From: Candidatus Latescibacterota bacterium
GTDB lineage: Bacteria > Krumholzibacteriota > Krumholzibacteriia > WVZY01 > JAKEHA01
Direction: 5' to 3'
NCBI GenBank assembly: GCA_963707635.1
Contig: OY970173.1
Coordinates: 1,056,001 to 1,120,000, forward strand
Length of the DNA: 64,000 nucleotides
Shown here: one piece after another, positions 10,722 through 21,638 of the stretch
Layout: each line of letters begins with the position of its first letter
How positions within the stretch are numbered: position 1 is the stretch's first letter
Made by a program: the position numbers and the translations under genes
Notes under the pieces: generated by a model
What the model saw: only the letters and a program-made list of their open reading frames with translations
What the model was told of the DNA's origin: nothing
The model's database searches: none

Positions 10722-12143
10722 ATGAAGCACATAGAAGCGAAAATATGGGCGGCGCTGGCGTGCGCGGTGGTGCTGGCAGCCGGCTCACCGGCGTCCGCGG
10801 CGGTCAACCTGCTCGCCAACCCCGGCTTCGAAGATGCGGGCGGGTCGTACAACAGCTGGTTCACGTTTGGAACCAACGTGACGCTGTCTCTGCCGACGAA
10901 CGACAACATCATCCGGACCGGCAACGCCGCCTCGAAGATCTACGGCGGGTTCCCGAGCTGCCCGGCGCCGGTGTTCAACGTGAGCGGCTGCGGCCAGGCG
11001 TTCACGCCGACGGCGGGTGTCGAGTACGAATTCAGCGGCTACTCGTTCGTATCGAGCCTCGACACGATCCCGGGTTCGAGCACGTGCGACAAGAACCGGA
11101 TGATCGCCAAGATCGTTTTCTTTGATGCGGCGGTTGGCGGCAACGAGATTGCGTCCAACGAGGTGATCCTCGGCAACTACGCCACGCCAGCCGACCAGTG
11201 GATCCCATTCAGCATTTCGGCCCCCGCGCCGGCCGCGGCCCAGCGCGTGGAGGCTCTGCTCCTCTACCTGCAGCCGGCCTGCGACGGCGGCGCCGTCTAC
11301 ACGGACGATTTGTCCTTTTCGGAACTCCCGCCCGGGCCGGCGGGGACGAACCAGCTCGCCAATCCAAGCTTCACCGGCAATCTGACCGGCTGGACTACGT
11401 TTGGAAACGTGTACTACGACGGCCGCTCGTGGGCCCGCCGTACGCCGTCGGGGGCGGCGAAGATGTTCTCGACGTTCGACCCCGTCAACAACACCTCTGG
11501 CATGTACCAGTCGTTCGCGGCGTCACCGGGCAGCAACTGGCAGCTCGACGTCCACGTCATGATGACCTGCGTGGAAACCCCGATCCAGGGCGCCAACCAG
11601 AATCATGTCGTGGCGCGGATCGTGTTCCTCGATGCCGGGCTCAACGAGATCGGATTTGCCGATGCGGTGATCCTGGACGGCAGCGCGCCGCTGGGCACCT
11701 GGACGAAGCACACGGTCATCGCCAACAACGCGCCGGCGGGCACGACGGGTGCGCGCGCCTACATCCTGTTCGTCTCACCGCTGCAGGAAGGCGGGTCGGC
11801 GTGGATCGACGACGTGTACTTCGGCGGGCTGGTGCCGACGGGAGTCGGAGATACGCCCGCCCCGCTCGCGCTCCATCTGCAGCCGAACGTGCCCAATCCG
11901 TTTGGCCAGAGCACGCGCATCGACTTCGATCTCACGCAAACGGATGACGTGAACATCGGCGTCTACGATGTCACCGGACGCCGGGTCGCCAGCCTGGTCA
12001 GGGGGCGGCTCGGTTCGGGACCGCATTCCGTGACGTGGGACGGGCGGTCCGAAAACGGTGGGCGGGCGCCGAGCGGCGTCTACTGGTGCGTCTTGAAAAC
12101 GTCCGCGGGGCAAGCATCCCGGAGAATGCTCCTCCTGAAGTGA
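10722..12143 (+). CDS. Secreted protein with two tandem CBM-like domains and a FlgD/T9SS-like C-terminal domain
   Basis: GGAGG RBS, signal peptide, 'NLLANPGFE...TDDLSF' and 'NQLANPSF...IDDVYF', then 'PNPFGQST...WDGR...SGVYW...RRMLLLK'. Confidence 0.8.
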   Translation: MKHIEAKIWAALACAVVLAAGSPASAAVNLLANPGFEDAGGSYNSWFTFGTNVTLSLPTNDNIIRTGNAASKIYGGFPSCPAPVFNVSGCGQAFTPTAGVEYEFSGYSFVSSLDTIPGSSTCDKNRMIAKIVFFDAAVGGNEIASNEVILGNYATPADQWIPFSISAPAPAAAQRVEALLLYLQPACDGGAVYTDDLSFSELPPGPAGTNQLANPSFTGNLTGWTTFGNVYYDGRSWARRTPSGAAKMFSTFDPVNNTSGMYQSFAASPGSNWQLDVHVMMTCVETPIQGANQNHVVARIVFLDAGLNEIGFADAVILDGSAPLGTWTKHTVIANNAPAGTTGARAYILFVSPLQEGGSAWIDDVYFGGLVPTGVGDTPAPLALHLQPNVPNPFGQSTRIDFDLTQTDDVNIGVYDVTGRRVASLVRGRLGSGPHSVTWDGRSENGGRAPSGVYWCVLKTSAGQASRRMLLLK

Positions 12144-12170
12144 TCAGGGCTGGCCGAATGGCGGCAGGCC

Positions 12171-12458
12171 ATGCTGAAGCGCGTGACTCATGACTTCCGC
12201 CTGGCCTGGGCATCTCGTCGCTGGCGTCGGGCCCTGGTGGTCGCGGTGCTATCCGACCTGCTCGGCTTCGGCGTAGCACTGTGGCCGCCCGCGCAGTGGT
12301 TGTTGGATGCCGCCACGGCCGCCGTGCTGTTGGCGGTGCTCGGCTTCCGGTGGCCGCTCCTGTCCGCTCTGGCCATCGAAGCGGTGCCGGGCCTCGCTGT
12401 GTTTCCGGCCTGGACTCTGGTCGTGGCCGCGCTGGCGGCATCGGACTCTCGGCAATGA
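12171..12458 (+). CDS. Small hydrophobic membrane protein, unknown function
   Basis: 95 aa, mostly hydrophobic segments, fits the gap between neighbouring + strand genes. Confidence 0.6.
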   Translation: MLKRVTHDFRLAWASRRWRRALVVAVLSDLLGFGVALWPPAQWLLDAATAAVLLAVLGFRWPLLSALAIEAVPGLAVFPAWTLVVAALAASDSRQ

Positions 12459-12480
12459 TACTAATGGTGAGGAGAAAGCG

Positions 12481-13920
12481 ATGAAGGCCGCCAGGAAACG
12501 TTCAGTGACTTCCACAAGAAGACGAAGTCGAGCACGTAGTCAGACGGCGGCCGGCCCCGTCCAGCCCCGCTCGCGGGCGGAGCAATATGCCGCGGGGAAA
12601 TTGCTCCGAACGGCCTGTCCTCGAAAGGCACACGCCGTCTGGAAAGCTCCATCCGGGCGACGGGACCCGGTCGAGTTGGTATTGGCTGCAGAGAAGGGGC
12701 GCATGCGCGAACTTCTTCCGCTTCGCCACGGGCGCATGGTCCGCTCCGCGTTCACGTTCTACCGCGGGGCTGCCCTGACCATGGCGACCGACCTCGCGAC
12801 CACACCGGTCAGCGGGGTCCGAGTCCAGTGCTGCGGGGACGCCCACCTGAGCAATTTCGGCGGATTCGCCACCCCGGAGCGGCGGGTCATCTTCTCGATC
12901 AACGATCTCGATGAGACTCTCCCGGCCCCGTGGGAGTGGGACGTCAAGCGCCTTGCCGCCAGCTTCGTCGTGGCCTGTCGCGACAACGGTTTGAGCAACG
13001 CTGCGGCGAAGGACGCGGCGACGACGTGCGTGCGAACCTACCGCGAATCCATTTCCGAGTTCAGCGAGATGAAGACACTGGAACTCTGGTACTACACTCT
13101 CGATGCGGACGATGTGGTGGCGGAGATCAAGGATTCCAAGTTTCGTGAGCGGGCCCAGCGGCGCCTCCAGAAGGAGCGGGCGCGCAGCATCGCCGAGGAC
13201 ATCTTCCCGAAACTCGTGGAGCACAAAGGGGAGATGCCCATCATCAAGGATCAGCTCCCGACCATCTTCCACGCCGAGGGCCATCCCCCGGGAGAAATCC
13301 AGCAGATCGTATTGGACGCAACGGCCGCGTACCGCGGCACACTGTCGCACTCGTCACAGGCTCTCCTGGACCGCTACGAGCTCCGGGACGCCGCCATCAA
13401 GGTGGTGGGGATCGGGAGTGTCGGGACCCACTGCTGGGTACTTCTCTACATGGCCGGCGAAGGCGACCCTCTCTTCCTCCAGGTCAAGGAGGCGCGCACC
13501 TCGGTGCTGGCACCCTTTGCCGGCGCGAGCGCCCACACGAACGACGGCCAGCGCGTCGTGCACGGTTACCGGCTCATGCAGCCCGCCAGCGACATGTTCC
13601 TCGGATGGAGCGGGGGCCTCCGGCGCGATTTCTTCATCCGCCAGTTGAGGGACATCAAGGTCAGCGTTCGGGTGGAGACGTTTGGTGTCGGCGAAATGAG
13701 CCTGTACGCCACCTGGTGCGGCAGGGCGCTCGCGCTCTCCCACGCCCGGTCGGGGTGTTCGCCGATGCTCAGCGGTTACATGGGCAAGAGTGACGCCTTC
13801 GACCAGGCCATCGCGGACTTCTCGATGGCTTACGCCGCCCAGAACGAGAAGGACCACGCCGCCCTCGAACGCGCGGTGAAGCAGGGCAAGGTGAAGGCGG
13901 TCTTTGAGGAGACCACGTGA
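12481..13920 (+). CDS. DUF2252 family protein (kinase-like fold)
   Basis: GAGGAG RBS before the ATG at 12481. Motifs 'PLRHGRMVRSAFTFYRGAA', 'CGDAHLSNFG', 'NDLDET..PWEWDVKRL', 'KVVGIGSVGT', 'RQLRD'. Confidence 0.9.
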   Translation: MKAARKRSVTSTRRRSRARSQTAAGPVQPRSRAEQYAAGKLLRTACPRKAHAVWKAPSGRRDPVELVLAAEKGRMRELLPLRHGRMVRSAFTFYRGAALTMATDLATTPVSGVRVQCCGDAHLSNFGGFATPERRVIFSINDLDETLPAPWEWDVKRLAASFVVACRDNGLSNAAAKDAATTCVRTYRESISEFSEMKTLELWYYTLDADDVVAEIKDSKFRERAQRRLQKERARSIAEDIFPKLVEHKGEMPIIKDQLPTIFHAEGHPPGEIQQIVLDATAAYRGTLSHSSQALLDRYELRDAAIKVVGIGSVGTHCWVLLYMAGEGDPLFLQVKEARTSVLAPFAGASAHTNDGQRVVHGYRLMQPASDMFLGWSGGLRRDFFIRQLRDIKVSVRVETFGVGEMSLYATWCGRALALSHARSGCSPMLSGYMGKSDAFDQAIADFSMAYAAQNEKDHAALERAVKQGKVKAVFEETT

Positions 13921-14026
13921 ACGAACGCCCGAGAGGAAACCGATGACCTACCCTATCGATCCGGAGCCTCGACCCACCGCGTAGACACTCTGAGCGCATG
14001 TCGGTTACGCTTGGCAGTTCAAGCCC

Positions 14027-15799
14027 ATGAACTGCATTTCTGGCACCTGGTTCCGTCGTCGCGTAGTCGTCCCGGCCTGGCCATGGGCCGCGGCGCTCGC
14101 GGTCCTCGTACCCGTGGCGACGCAGGCGGCCAGCGTCGAGTGCCGGGTGGTCGGCGTCTCCGACCCGGAGATCCTCAAGAACATCGAATCGACGCTGTCG
14201 ATCATCCGCGACCAGGATCGCGACGACCTGACGCCGGCGCGCATCGCGCAACTGCACGAGCGCGCGCCCATGGAGATTCGGCGCGCCGTCGAGCCGTTCG
14301 GGTACTACCACCCCGAGATCGAGGCGTCGCTCACCGGCGACAAGAAGGACCGATTTGACGCGCGCTACGCGATCGCGCTGGGCGAGCCCGTGCGTGTACG
14401 CAGCATCAGCGTGTCGGTGACCGGTGAGGGGAAGGACCAGTCGCCGTTTCCGCGACTCGTCGCGGAGTTTCCGCTCAAGGCCGGCGACGTTCTCGATCAG
14501 CGGTTGTACGAGCGGCGCAAGGCCACCTTCGCGAGCACCGCCGCGGACAGCGGTTACCTCGACGCGCGCTTCACCGCCAGTGTGATTCGCATCCGTCGCG
14601 AGGAAAATGTGGCCGACATCGAGATGATCCTGGACACCGGCTCCCGGTATCACTTCGGCCCGGTGACGTTCGATTCGACCTCGGTCGACGACCGCGTGAT
14701 GCGCGCCTACCTGACCTTCAAGCCGGGCGATCCGTTTCGCTACGACCGGCTCCTGGCCTTCCAGGCCAAGCTGGGCGGCGCGCCATACTTCAGCCGCGTG
14801 GAGGCGGTCGCGCAGCGGGATTCCGCCGCGGGCCACGAAGTGCCCATTCATGTGAAGCTTTCTGATCGGCGATCGCAACGCTACGAAGTCGGCGTCGGGT
14901 ACGGCACCGACACGGGCCCGCGCATCCTGCTCGGCGCGGAGTTCCGCCGGCTCAACCGCTCGGGACACCGCTACAGCGGGCGCATGAACCTCTCCCAGGT
15001 CGAGCTTTCGCTGAGCGCGGAGTACGTCATCCCATCGCTCTATCCCCACGCGCACACCTACACGATCGGGGCCCTGGTCGCCCGCATCGACCCCGACGCG
15101 TATACGACCGACCGCCTGGCCGTCGGGCCGACGCGGTCGCAACCCCGGTTCGGGTGGCTCGAATCGATCACGTTGAGCTACGAGCACGAGGACTACACGG
15201 TGGGATCCGACGACGGCATTACCAATCTCGTCATCGGCGGCCTGACGTACCGGCTGAAGCGCGCGGACGACGACATCGCACCGACGCGCGGACACCGATT
15301 CGACCTGGGTCTCCGCGGCGCCGACGAGGCGCTCCTGTCCTCGCAGAGTTTCCTTTCCTTCACGGCGTCGGCGAAGGCGGTACGCACGCTCACAAGGCGG
15401 GTCCGGCTGGTCGCGCGCGCCGACGGTGGGGTGACGACGACCCCGACCTTCCACGAGCTGCCGCCCACGATTCGCTTCTTTGCCGGCGGCGACAACAGCG
15501 TGCGTGGCTACGACTACGAGACGCTGGGGCCTCTGGACGACGGCGGCCACGTCATCGGTGGTCACCTCCTGCTCACGACGTCCGCCGAAATCCAGTTCGC
15601 GCTCAAAGGCAAGTTCGGGATCGCCGGCTTCTACGACGCGGGCAACGCCTTCGCGCATACGGGAGAAGGCATCATGGAACAGGGGGTGGGCGGAGGGTTG
15701 CGGTGGCAGTCTCCGGTGGGGCCGATTCGCCTCGACCTCGCCTTCGCGTTGCGACACGACAGCTGGAGGGTTCACTTCACAATGGGGCCCGATCTATGA
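14027..15799 (+). CDS. tamA: Translocation and assembly module outer-membrane subunit TamA (Omp85 family)
   Basis: POTRA-like N-terminal region, 'GVGYGTDTGPR', 'RFFAGGDNSVRGYDY', 'RWQSPVGPIRLDLA', C-terminal 'MGPDL'. Confidence 0.92.
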   Translation: MNCISGTWFRRRVVVPAWPWAAALAVLVPVATQAASVECRVVGVSDPEILKNIESTLSIIRDQDRDDLTPARIAQLHERAPMEIRRAVEPFGYYHPEIEASLTGDKKDRFDARYAIALGEPVRVRSISVSVTGEGKDQSPFPRLVAEFPLKAGDVLDQRLYERRKATFASTAADSGYLDARFTASVIRIRREENVADIEMILDTGSRYHFGPVTFDSTSVDDRVMRAYLTFKPGDPFRYDRLLAFQAKLGGAPYFSRVEAVAQRDSAAGHEVPIHVKLSDRRSQRYEVGVGYGTDTGPRILLGAEFRRLNRSGHRYSGRMNLSQVELSLSAEYVIPSLYPHAHTYTIGALVARIDPDAYTTDRLAVGPTRSQPRFGWLESITLSYEHEDYTVGSDDGITNLVIGGLTYRLKRADDDIAPTRGHRFDLGLRGADEALLSSQSFLSFTASAKAVRTLTRRVRLVARADGGVTTTPTFHELPPTIRFFAGGDNSVRGYDYETLGPLDDGGHVIGGHLLLTTSAEIQFALKGKFGIAGFYDAGNAFAHTGEGIMEQGVGGGLRWQSPVGPIRLDLAFALRHDSWRVHFTMGPDL

Positions 15800-18700
15800 A
15801 GCGCGTCCGGCGGATCGTCGGCCTGGTGCTCGTCGGCGCGGGAGCTCTGATCGGGCTGGTGCTGGCCCTCGCGGCGTTCCTGCTCTTCACGACGCCGGGT
15901 GCCAGGCTGGCGCTGTCGGTGGCGAACGGGCGCCACTTGCCCGTGCGTGCAGCGACGATCGAAGGCACGCTGGCGCGCCGCTTCGTGCTGCACGACGTCG
16001 AGTTGAACGTGGGGCCGATGAAGGCCGCGCTGGATACGGTGATCGTGGCCTGGCGTCCGATGGCGCTGCGCCATCACCGAGTGGATATCGAAGAGGCGAC
16101 GATCGCCGGCGCACGCGTCCTGGTGACGGCCACTGCCGACACGACGACACGGGCCGCGCGTGGTGTTTCCAATGAAAAGCGCTGGGTCGTGACCGCAGAC
16201 CGCGTGCGCGTGCGGAATGCGACCATCGACGCGCCCGACGTGCACCTGCGCAAGGTCGACATCGCGGGCTCGGGTGGGCCGAACGGATACCGAGCCGAGG
16301 TGCACGCGTCCGGTTCGGTGTGGCGGCTCGCGGACGTGGACGCGTTTGTGCGCGCGTCCGGCGACACGAGCGCGGTCGCGGTCGACTCGCTGGACGTGCG
16401 CACGCTGGGCGGGGTCGTTCGCGGCGACGCGTTTGTGCGCTGGGAACCAGGGCTGTCGTGGCGCGGACGTCTGCACGGCGATTCGCTGCGCGTGGGCGAA
16501 TTGGCCGGCCAACCCGAGGACTGGCTGGGCGCGGTCTCGTTTCGCGCAGCCGGCACGGGGCGTCTCCACGAGGATTCCACGCGCGTCGGCATCGACGTGG
16601 AGTCGCTCGACGGCAGGTTGCGCGGCCGGCCGCTCTCCGCACGCGGGCGCATCGACGTCGATCGCGGACGCATCGAGGCTTCCGATGTACGGGTGCGCTG
16701 GGGGAAGGCGCGCGCGACGCTATCAGGCAGCATGGGGGCAATCGCAGACGTCAAACTCGATGCCACGATTCCCGCTCTGGGCGAGATCCTTCCGCGCGCG
16801 CGCGGGTCGGCCTCGGTGCACGGGACGCTCGCTGGCACTCCCGAGCGTATCGACGTCGACGTTGAAGCTCGAGGCCGCGACGTCCGCGCGGGGCGTTTCG
16901 ATATTCCTAATTTCGACGCGACGGTGGCCGCTTCCCTGTCTGCCCGCGACTACATTCCCCACGGTGCCGACTTGCGTCGCGCCGAGATTCAGGTGGGCGA
17001 GGGGACGCTGGAGGCGCGCGGAAATGCCTCGTGGCGCGATGGTCTCGAGTGGGAGGCCACGGTTACGACAGAGCGCTTTGAGACCTCCACGTTCACGCCC
17101 GCGCGATGGAACCTCTACGGGCCGGTGTCGGTTCGCGCTGCGACCGAGGGGACGAAGCGGGGTCGCCACCTGCGCGGCCGCCTGTCGATCGAGTCGCTCT
17201 CGGGGATGCTGCGCGAGCAGGCGTTGAGCGGTGCCGGGAGCGTGACGCTCAACGACCGCGAGGCCGACGTCTCGGCGCTGCGCCTCGAGTGGGGGAACAC
17301 GCGGGTGAGCGCAAACGGCCACGCCGGAGACACGCTGAATCTGGATTTCGAACTCGCCGCGCCCAACCTGGCCGCGATCGATTCCTCGTTGCACGGAGCC
17401 CTGTCGCTCCGGGGAGAGCTGCGCGGCCCGCGGCACCGGCCGGGTGTGGTGGCGGAGGTTGCCGCCGACAGCCTGCGGGTGCGCGGGTACGCCGTTCACC
17501 GGCTGGAGGGTCACGTCGACGCCGACTTCGGGTTCGCGTCCCCCGCGGACGTCAGCCTGCTTGCGCTGGGCGCGTCGCGCGGCGAGTCCATCTTTGACAC
17601 CGTGCGCGTGGACGTCTCCGGCCCGCGCGAAGATCACCGCGCAACCCTGGTGGTCGCCAAGGGCGACACACGCGCGGCGCTCGCACTGCGAGGAGCCTTG
17701 GCGGACACGTCGTGGTCGGGTTGGATCGACGACGCGAGCTTCAGCCACAGCGTGGCGGGTGAGTGGCGATCGAACCGCCCGGCGCCCGTGTTCGTATCGC
17801 GCTCGCACGTCCAGGCGGATTCGCTCCTACTCGAGTCCGGTAGCGCGCGCGTGTCCGCGCACGGGTCATGGCAACGCGGCGACACCGTGCACGCGGAGGT
17901 CGACTTGCGTGCCTTCGAGCTCTCGACTCTCCAGCGCTATCTCGCCGATGGCATGCAGATCACGGGGACGCTGGCAGGCACCGCCGCCGCGACCATCGAT
18001 CCGGCCCGAAGAATCGAAGCGCGTGTGGACCTGGTTCCCGGTCCGGGAAAGATCGTGCTGGCGGGCAAAAAGCTCGACTACGCGGGCCGCGCGACGGGAC
18101 GCGCCGACTCCGCCGGTGTGTTTGCACAGCTCGATCTCACCGTGGAAGAGACGGGCACCCGCGTGGCGACGGTCGGCGGGAAGCTCTCGATTCCGGGCTT
18201 CGTGCTGGGAAGAGACTCGCTCGGCACCCAGGCGCTCGAGGGCGCGATCGATCTGGACTGCAAGGACATCGCTCCCGTGCTGGCGGTATTCGCGCCGTCG
18301 ATCCGGGCGTGGGGTTCGCTCACCGCGCACCTTGCTCCCAAAGGCACGGCGGGGAGCTTTGGCATAACCGGGCGGGTGGCGCTCGAGCACGCGCGCTTCG
18401 ACCTTCGTTCGGGGCTGCGTCTGCGCGACACCGAGATCACGTTGGTCTCCGACGGGGAAGGGCAACTCTCACTGGACGGAGCGGTCACGTCCGGGGGCGG
18501 ACGGGTGAAACTGGAAGCCCGCTCGGCGCGCTCGGAGAAGGGGTGGTTCAAGGGCACCGTCAAGGCGAGGGGCGAGCGCTTCCAGGCCGTCAACCAGCCG
18601 GACGCGCAGGTGTTCGTGTCGCCCGATCTGGAGGTCCAGGTTGCGGAGAGGGCCGCGCTCGTCACCGGTCAGGTCCGTGTCCCGTTCGCGCGCATCGAGA

Positions 18701-19513
18701 CCGCGCAGGTGCCGGCATCGGCGGCGTCTGCGTCGAACGACGTCGTGTTCGTCGAGGACACGCTGGCGACAAAGCCGAAGTTTCAGGTGCGAACCCAGGT
18801 TCGCGTGGAACTGGGCGACAGCGTCACCTTCAGCGGCTTCGGCTTTCGCACGCGCCTGGCAGGGAGCCTGGCCGTCGACGACGAGCGCGGCCGTCCGACG
18901 CAGGGAACGGGCGAGATTCAGATCGTGGACGGAAGGTATCGCGCGTTCGGAAACGAGCTCACGATCGACCCCGGGCGCTTCGTCTTCGGCGGCGGGCCGA
19001 TCGACAATCCCGGGCTCGATATTCGCGCGTATCGCGGGCTCACGACCCAGAACGTCATGGCCGGGTCCGGGGAGATGGTCGGCATGAACCTGCGCGGCAC
19101 GCTGCGGCGGCCGGAGTTCTCGGTGTTCTCGAATCCGCCCATGTCGCAGAGCGAGATCATGTCCTACCTGGTGACGGGGCGTCCGTTGAACTCCGGCGGC
19201 GATCAGTCGGCGCTGGCCAGCGCCGCGCTGCTCATCGGCATGCAGCAGGGAGCCGGCGTCGCCAGTGGTATTGGGAAAACATTTGCGCTGGACGAGGCGT
19301 ACCTGGAAGGTGGGAGCGAAGCGAATGAAACCGCGTTCGTGGCCGGCAAATACCTCTCGCCGAAACTGTACGTGAGCTACGCGGCCGGTCTCTTTCGAGA
19401 ATACCAACACGTTTCGCGCGCGCTATTCACTCACCAACCGGTGGACACTGCAGGCGGAGAGCGGAAAGGACAGCAGCACGGACCTCATGTACTGGTTCGA
19501 GCGCGGGAAGTAG
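15796..19513 (+). CDS. tamB: TamB (AsmA-like, DUF490 C-terminus); one indel near 19397
   Basis: ATG overlaps the tamA stop. N-terminal membrane anchor, beta-rich body, 'GRYRAFGNEL', 'GPIDNPGLDIRA', 'GKYLSPKLYVSY'. The shifted frame gives 'NTFRARYSL...DLMYWFERGK*'. Confidence 0.88.
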
Positions 19514-19685
19514 GGCGGACTGCCACCGCGTCGCCTCCGAGCTTCGTGGCGGGACGTACTCTGCGGTTGCATGCGGCGTCCCGGGGCGGTAGGCTGTGCA
19601 GAAGAGGCCTCACCAACCGGTGGTCAGCGCAGTGCACCGGGGCCGCTCGGCGAGGCAGGGCAGAAACCCAGAAGGAGGAGTCTAG

Positions 19686-20261
19686 ATGGATACAAAGAAT
19701 GGTGGTCTCCTGGCGGCATGGACGCACAAGGCGAAGAAGAACGCCGGACGCCTGATCTTCTCCGGGGTCCTGGCGGTGATAGCGGGCATCCTGTGTATGA
19801 CGAGGCCGTTGATGGGCGGGCTCAGCGTCACGCTCGTCGTCGGCTTCATGCTGGTGGTCGGAGGGATCGCCCGGACCCTCCACGTCTTTAGCGCGGACTC
19901 GTTCGGTCAGGGTCTCCTGGCGCTGGTGGGCGGCGTGCTGACCCTGCTGGCCGGCGTCGTCACGATTGCCATGCCCGGTCTGGGTCTGGTGACCCTCACC
20001 ATGTTGCTCGGAATCTGGCTCCTGGCCGACGGACTGGCGGGCGCAATGCTCGCGTTCAAGGTGAGGCCAGCGTCCGGCTGGGGATGGATGCTGACGAGCG
20101 CGATACTGGCCGGATTGCTCGGCATTCTGCTGCTGGCGCACTGGCCGTTCTCCGGGTTGGTGGCGATTGGCACCCTGGTGGGAATCAACCTGCTGGTCTC
20201 GGGATTCACGATGATCTCGATCGGATCGTCGGTTCGCCGCCTGGCCTCGAAGGCAGCGTAG
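19686..20261 (+). CDS. HdeD/DUF308 family membrane protein
   Basis: AAGGAGG RBS, about six hydrophobic helices with the duplicated DUF308 pattern, 'GWGWML', 'WPFSGLVAIGTLVGINLL'. Confidence 0.85.
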   Translation: MDTKNGGLLAAWTHKAKKNAGRLIFSGVLAVIAGILCMTRPLMGGLSVTLVVGFMLVVGGIARTLHVFSADSFGQGLLALVGGVLTLLAGVVTIAMPGLGLVTLTMLLGIWLLADGLAGAMLAFKVRPASGWGWMLTSAILAGLLGILLLAHWPFSGLVAIGTLVGINLLVSGFTMISIGSSVRRLASKAA

Positions 20262-20291
20262 CAGTCCGACGGTGCAGGCTGGAGGTCTGAC

Positions 20292-20957
20292 GTGGAGAGT
20301 GCGGAAGCAAAGAGCAAGAAGAACTGGCACGTTCTCTCATCTTCAGACCGCGCCTCGGAGATTCTGTTCGGGCTGATCATGGTGCTCTCGTTCACCAGTT
20401 CGATGAGCGCGTCGTCGGCCGGGCAGCAGGGAAACCGGACCATGCTGATCGGCGCCCTGGGCTGCAACCTGGCCTGGGGAATCGTCGATGCGGTGATGTA
20501 TCTCATGACCAACCTCGGCGAGCGGGGGCGCAGCCTGCTCCTCCTGCGACGTGTCCACGGCGCCACCGCGGAAGACGCTCACCACTTCATCGCCGAGAGC
20601 ATGCCGGCGACGGTCGCCGGGGTCATTCTCCCGGCGGAATTGGAATCAATCCGTCAGAAGTTGCTGCGAATACCCGAGCCGTCGGCACGTCCGGGACTGA
20701 AATGGGAAGACTTCGTCGGCGCCCTGTGCGTGTTTCTCCTCGTGTTCGTGTCCATCTTGCCGGTGATGGTCCCGTTCATTGTGATCCGGAACGCGATGCT
20801 GGCCCTGCGCATCTCCAACGCCATCGCGATCGTCATGCTGTTCGGGGTCGGGTGTTCGGTGGGGCGCGACGACGGGTATCGTTCGTGGCACGTCGGCCTC
20901 GGGGTGGTTGCCATCGGTCTCGTGCTGGTCGGTATAACGATCGCGCTGGGCGGATGA
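20292..20957 (+). CDS. VIT1/CCC1-like membrane protein
   Basis: 'RASEILFGLIMVLSFT', 'ALGCNLAWGIVDAVMYL', several TM helices, C-terminal 'IALGG'. Confidence 0.7.
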   Translation: MESAEAKSKKNWHVLSSSDRASEILFGLIMVLSFTSSMSASSAGQQGNRTMLIGALGCNLAWGIVDAVMYLMTNLGERGRSLLLLRRVHGATAEDAHHFIAESMPATVAGVILPAELESIRQKLLRIPEPSARPGLKWEDFVGALCVFLLVFVSILPVMVPFIVIRNAMLALRISNAIAIVMLFGVGCSVGRDDGYRSWHVGLGVVAIGLVLVGITIALGG

Positions 20958-21614
20958 GGTTGCACACGCTTGCGCTTGCGGCGGCCGGAGCCATGCTGTT
21001 CTCGGCAGCAGCCCCCGCTCGCGGAGCCGAACGCGCGACACCCGCTGCGGGCGGCGTTGCCGCCGCGCCGTGGGTCTTCTATGCGTCGGGCTTCGCCTAC
21101 TTCGTGCCCGACGACCGTGATTACATTTCTCCCATTTTCACCGCGGATCGAAGCGCGCTTCATCTCGAAGCCCGGTACAACTATGAGGGGTTCGAGACGG
21201 GCTCGTTCTTCGCCGGCTGGAATATTTCCACCGGGGACGAATTCACACTCGAGCTGACGCCGATGGTAGGCGCCGTCTTTGGCGACCAGAGCGGCGTCGC
21301 GCCCGGTTTCCACGTCATACTCGGATACAAGAACTTCGAATTCTACAGCGAAGGACGAATACATGATCGATTCCGGCGATTCGTCGGAGAACTACTTCTA
21401 CAGCTGGTCGGAGCTTGGCTGGGCACCGAACGACTGGTCACGGGTGGGTTTGGCGGGCCAGCGGACGCGGGCCTACCAGAGCGAACTCGATTTCCAGCGG
21501 GGACTGATGGCGGGCTTCTTCCACGGAAACGTGGATTGCACGGCCTATCTGTTCAATCTGGGCTGGACCGACCCGACCGTCGTGATCGCCGTGGGTGTCG
21601 GTTTCGGCGGTTGA
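20954..21614 (+). CDS. Small predicted outer-membrane beta-barrel protein (indel near 21355)
   Basis: ATG overlaps the upstream stop. Signal peptide, aromatic alternating strands 'LHLEARYNYE', then 'YFYSWSELGW...VGVGF' in the shifted frame. Confidence 0.65.
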
Positions 21615-21638
21615 GTTTCGACACGGCCGCTCGCCCGC

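Noticed and set aside
19390..19400. Programmed frameshifting in tamB, the porins or ansB
   Set aside because: No slippery heptamer or stimulatory structure is evident, and similar single-base indels are scattered across unrelated genes, which points to sequencing error.
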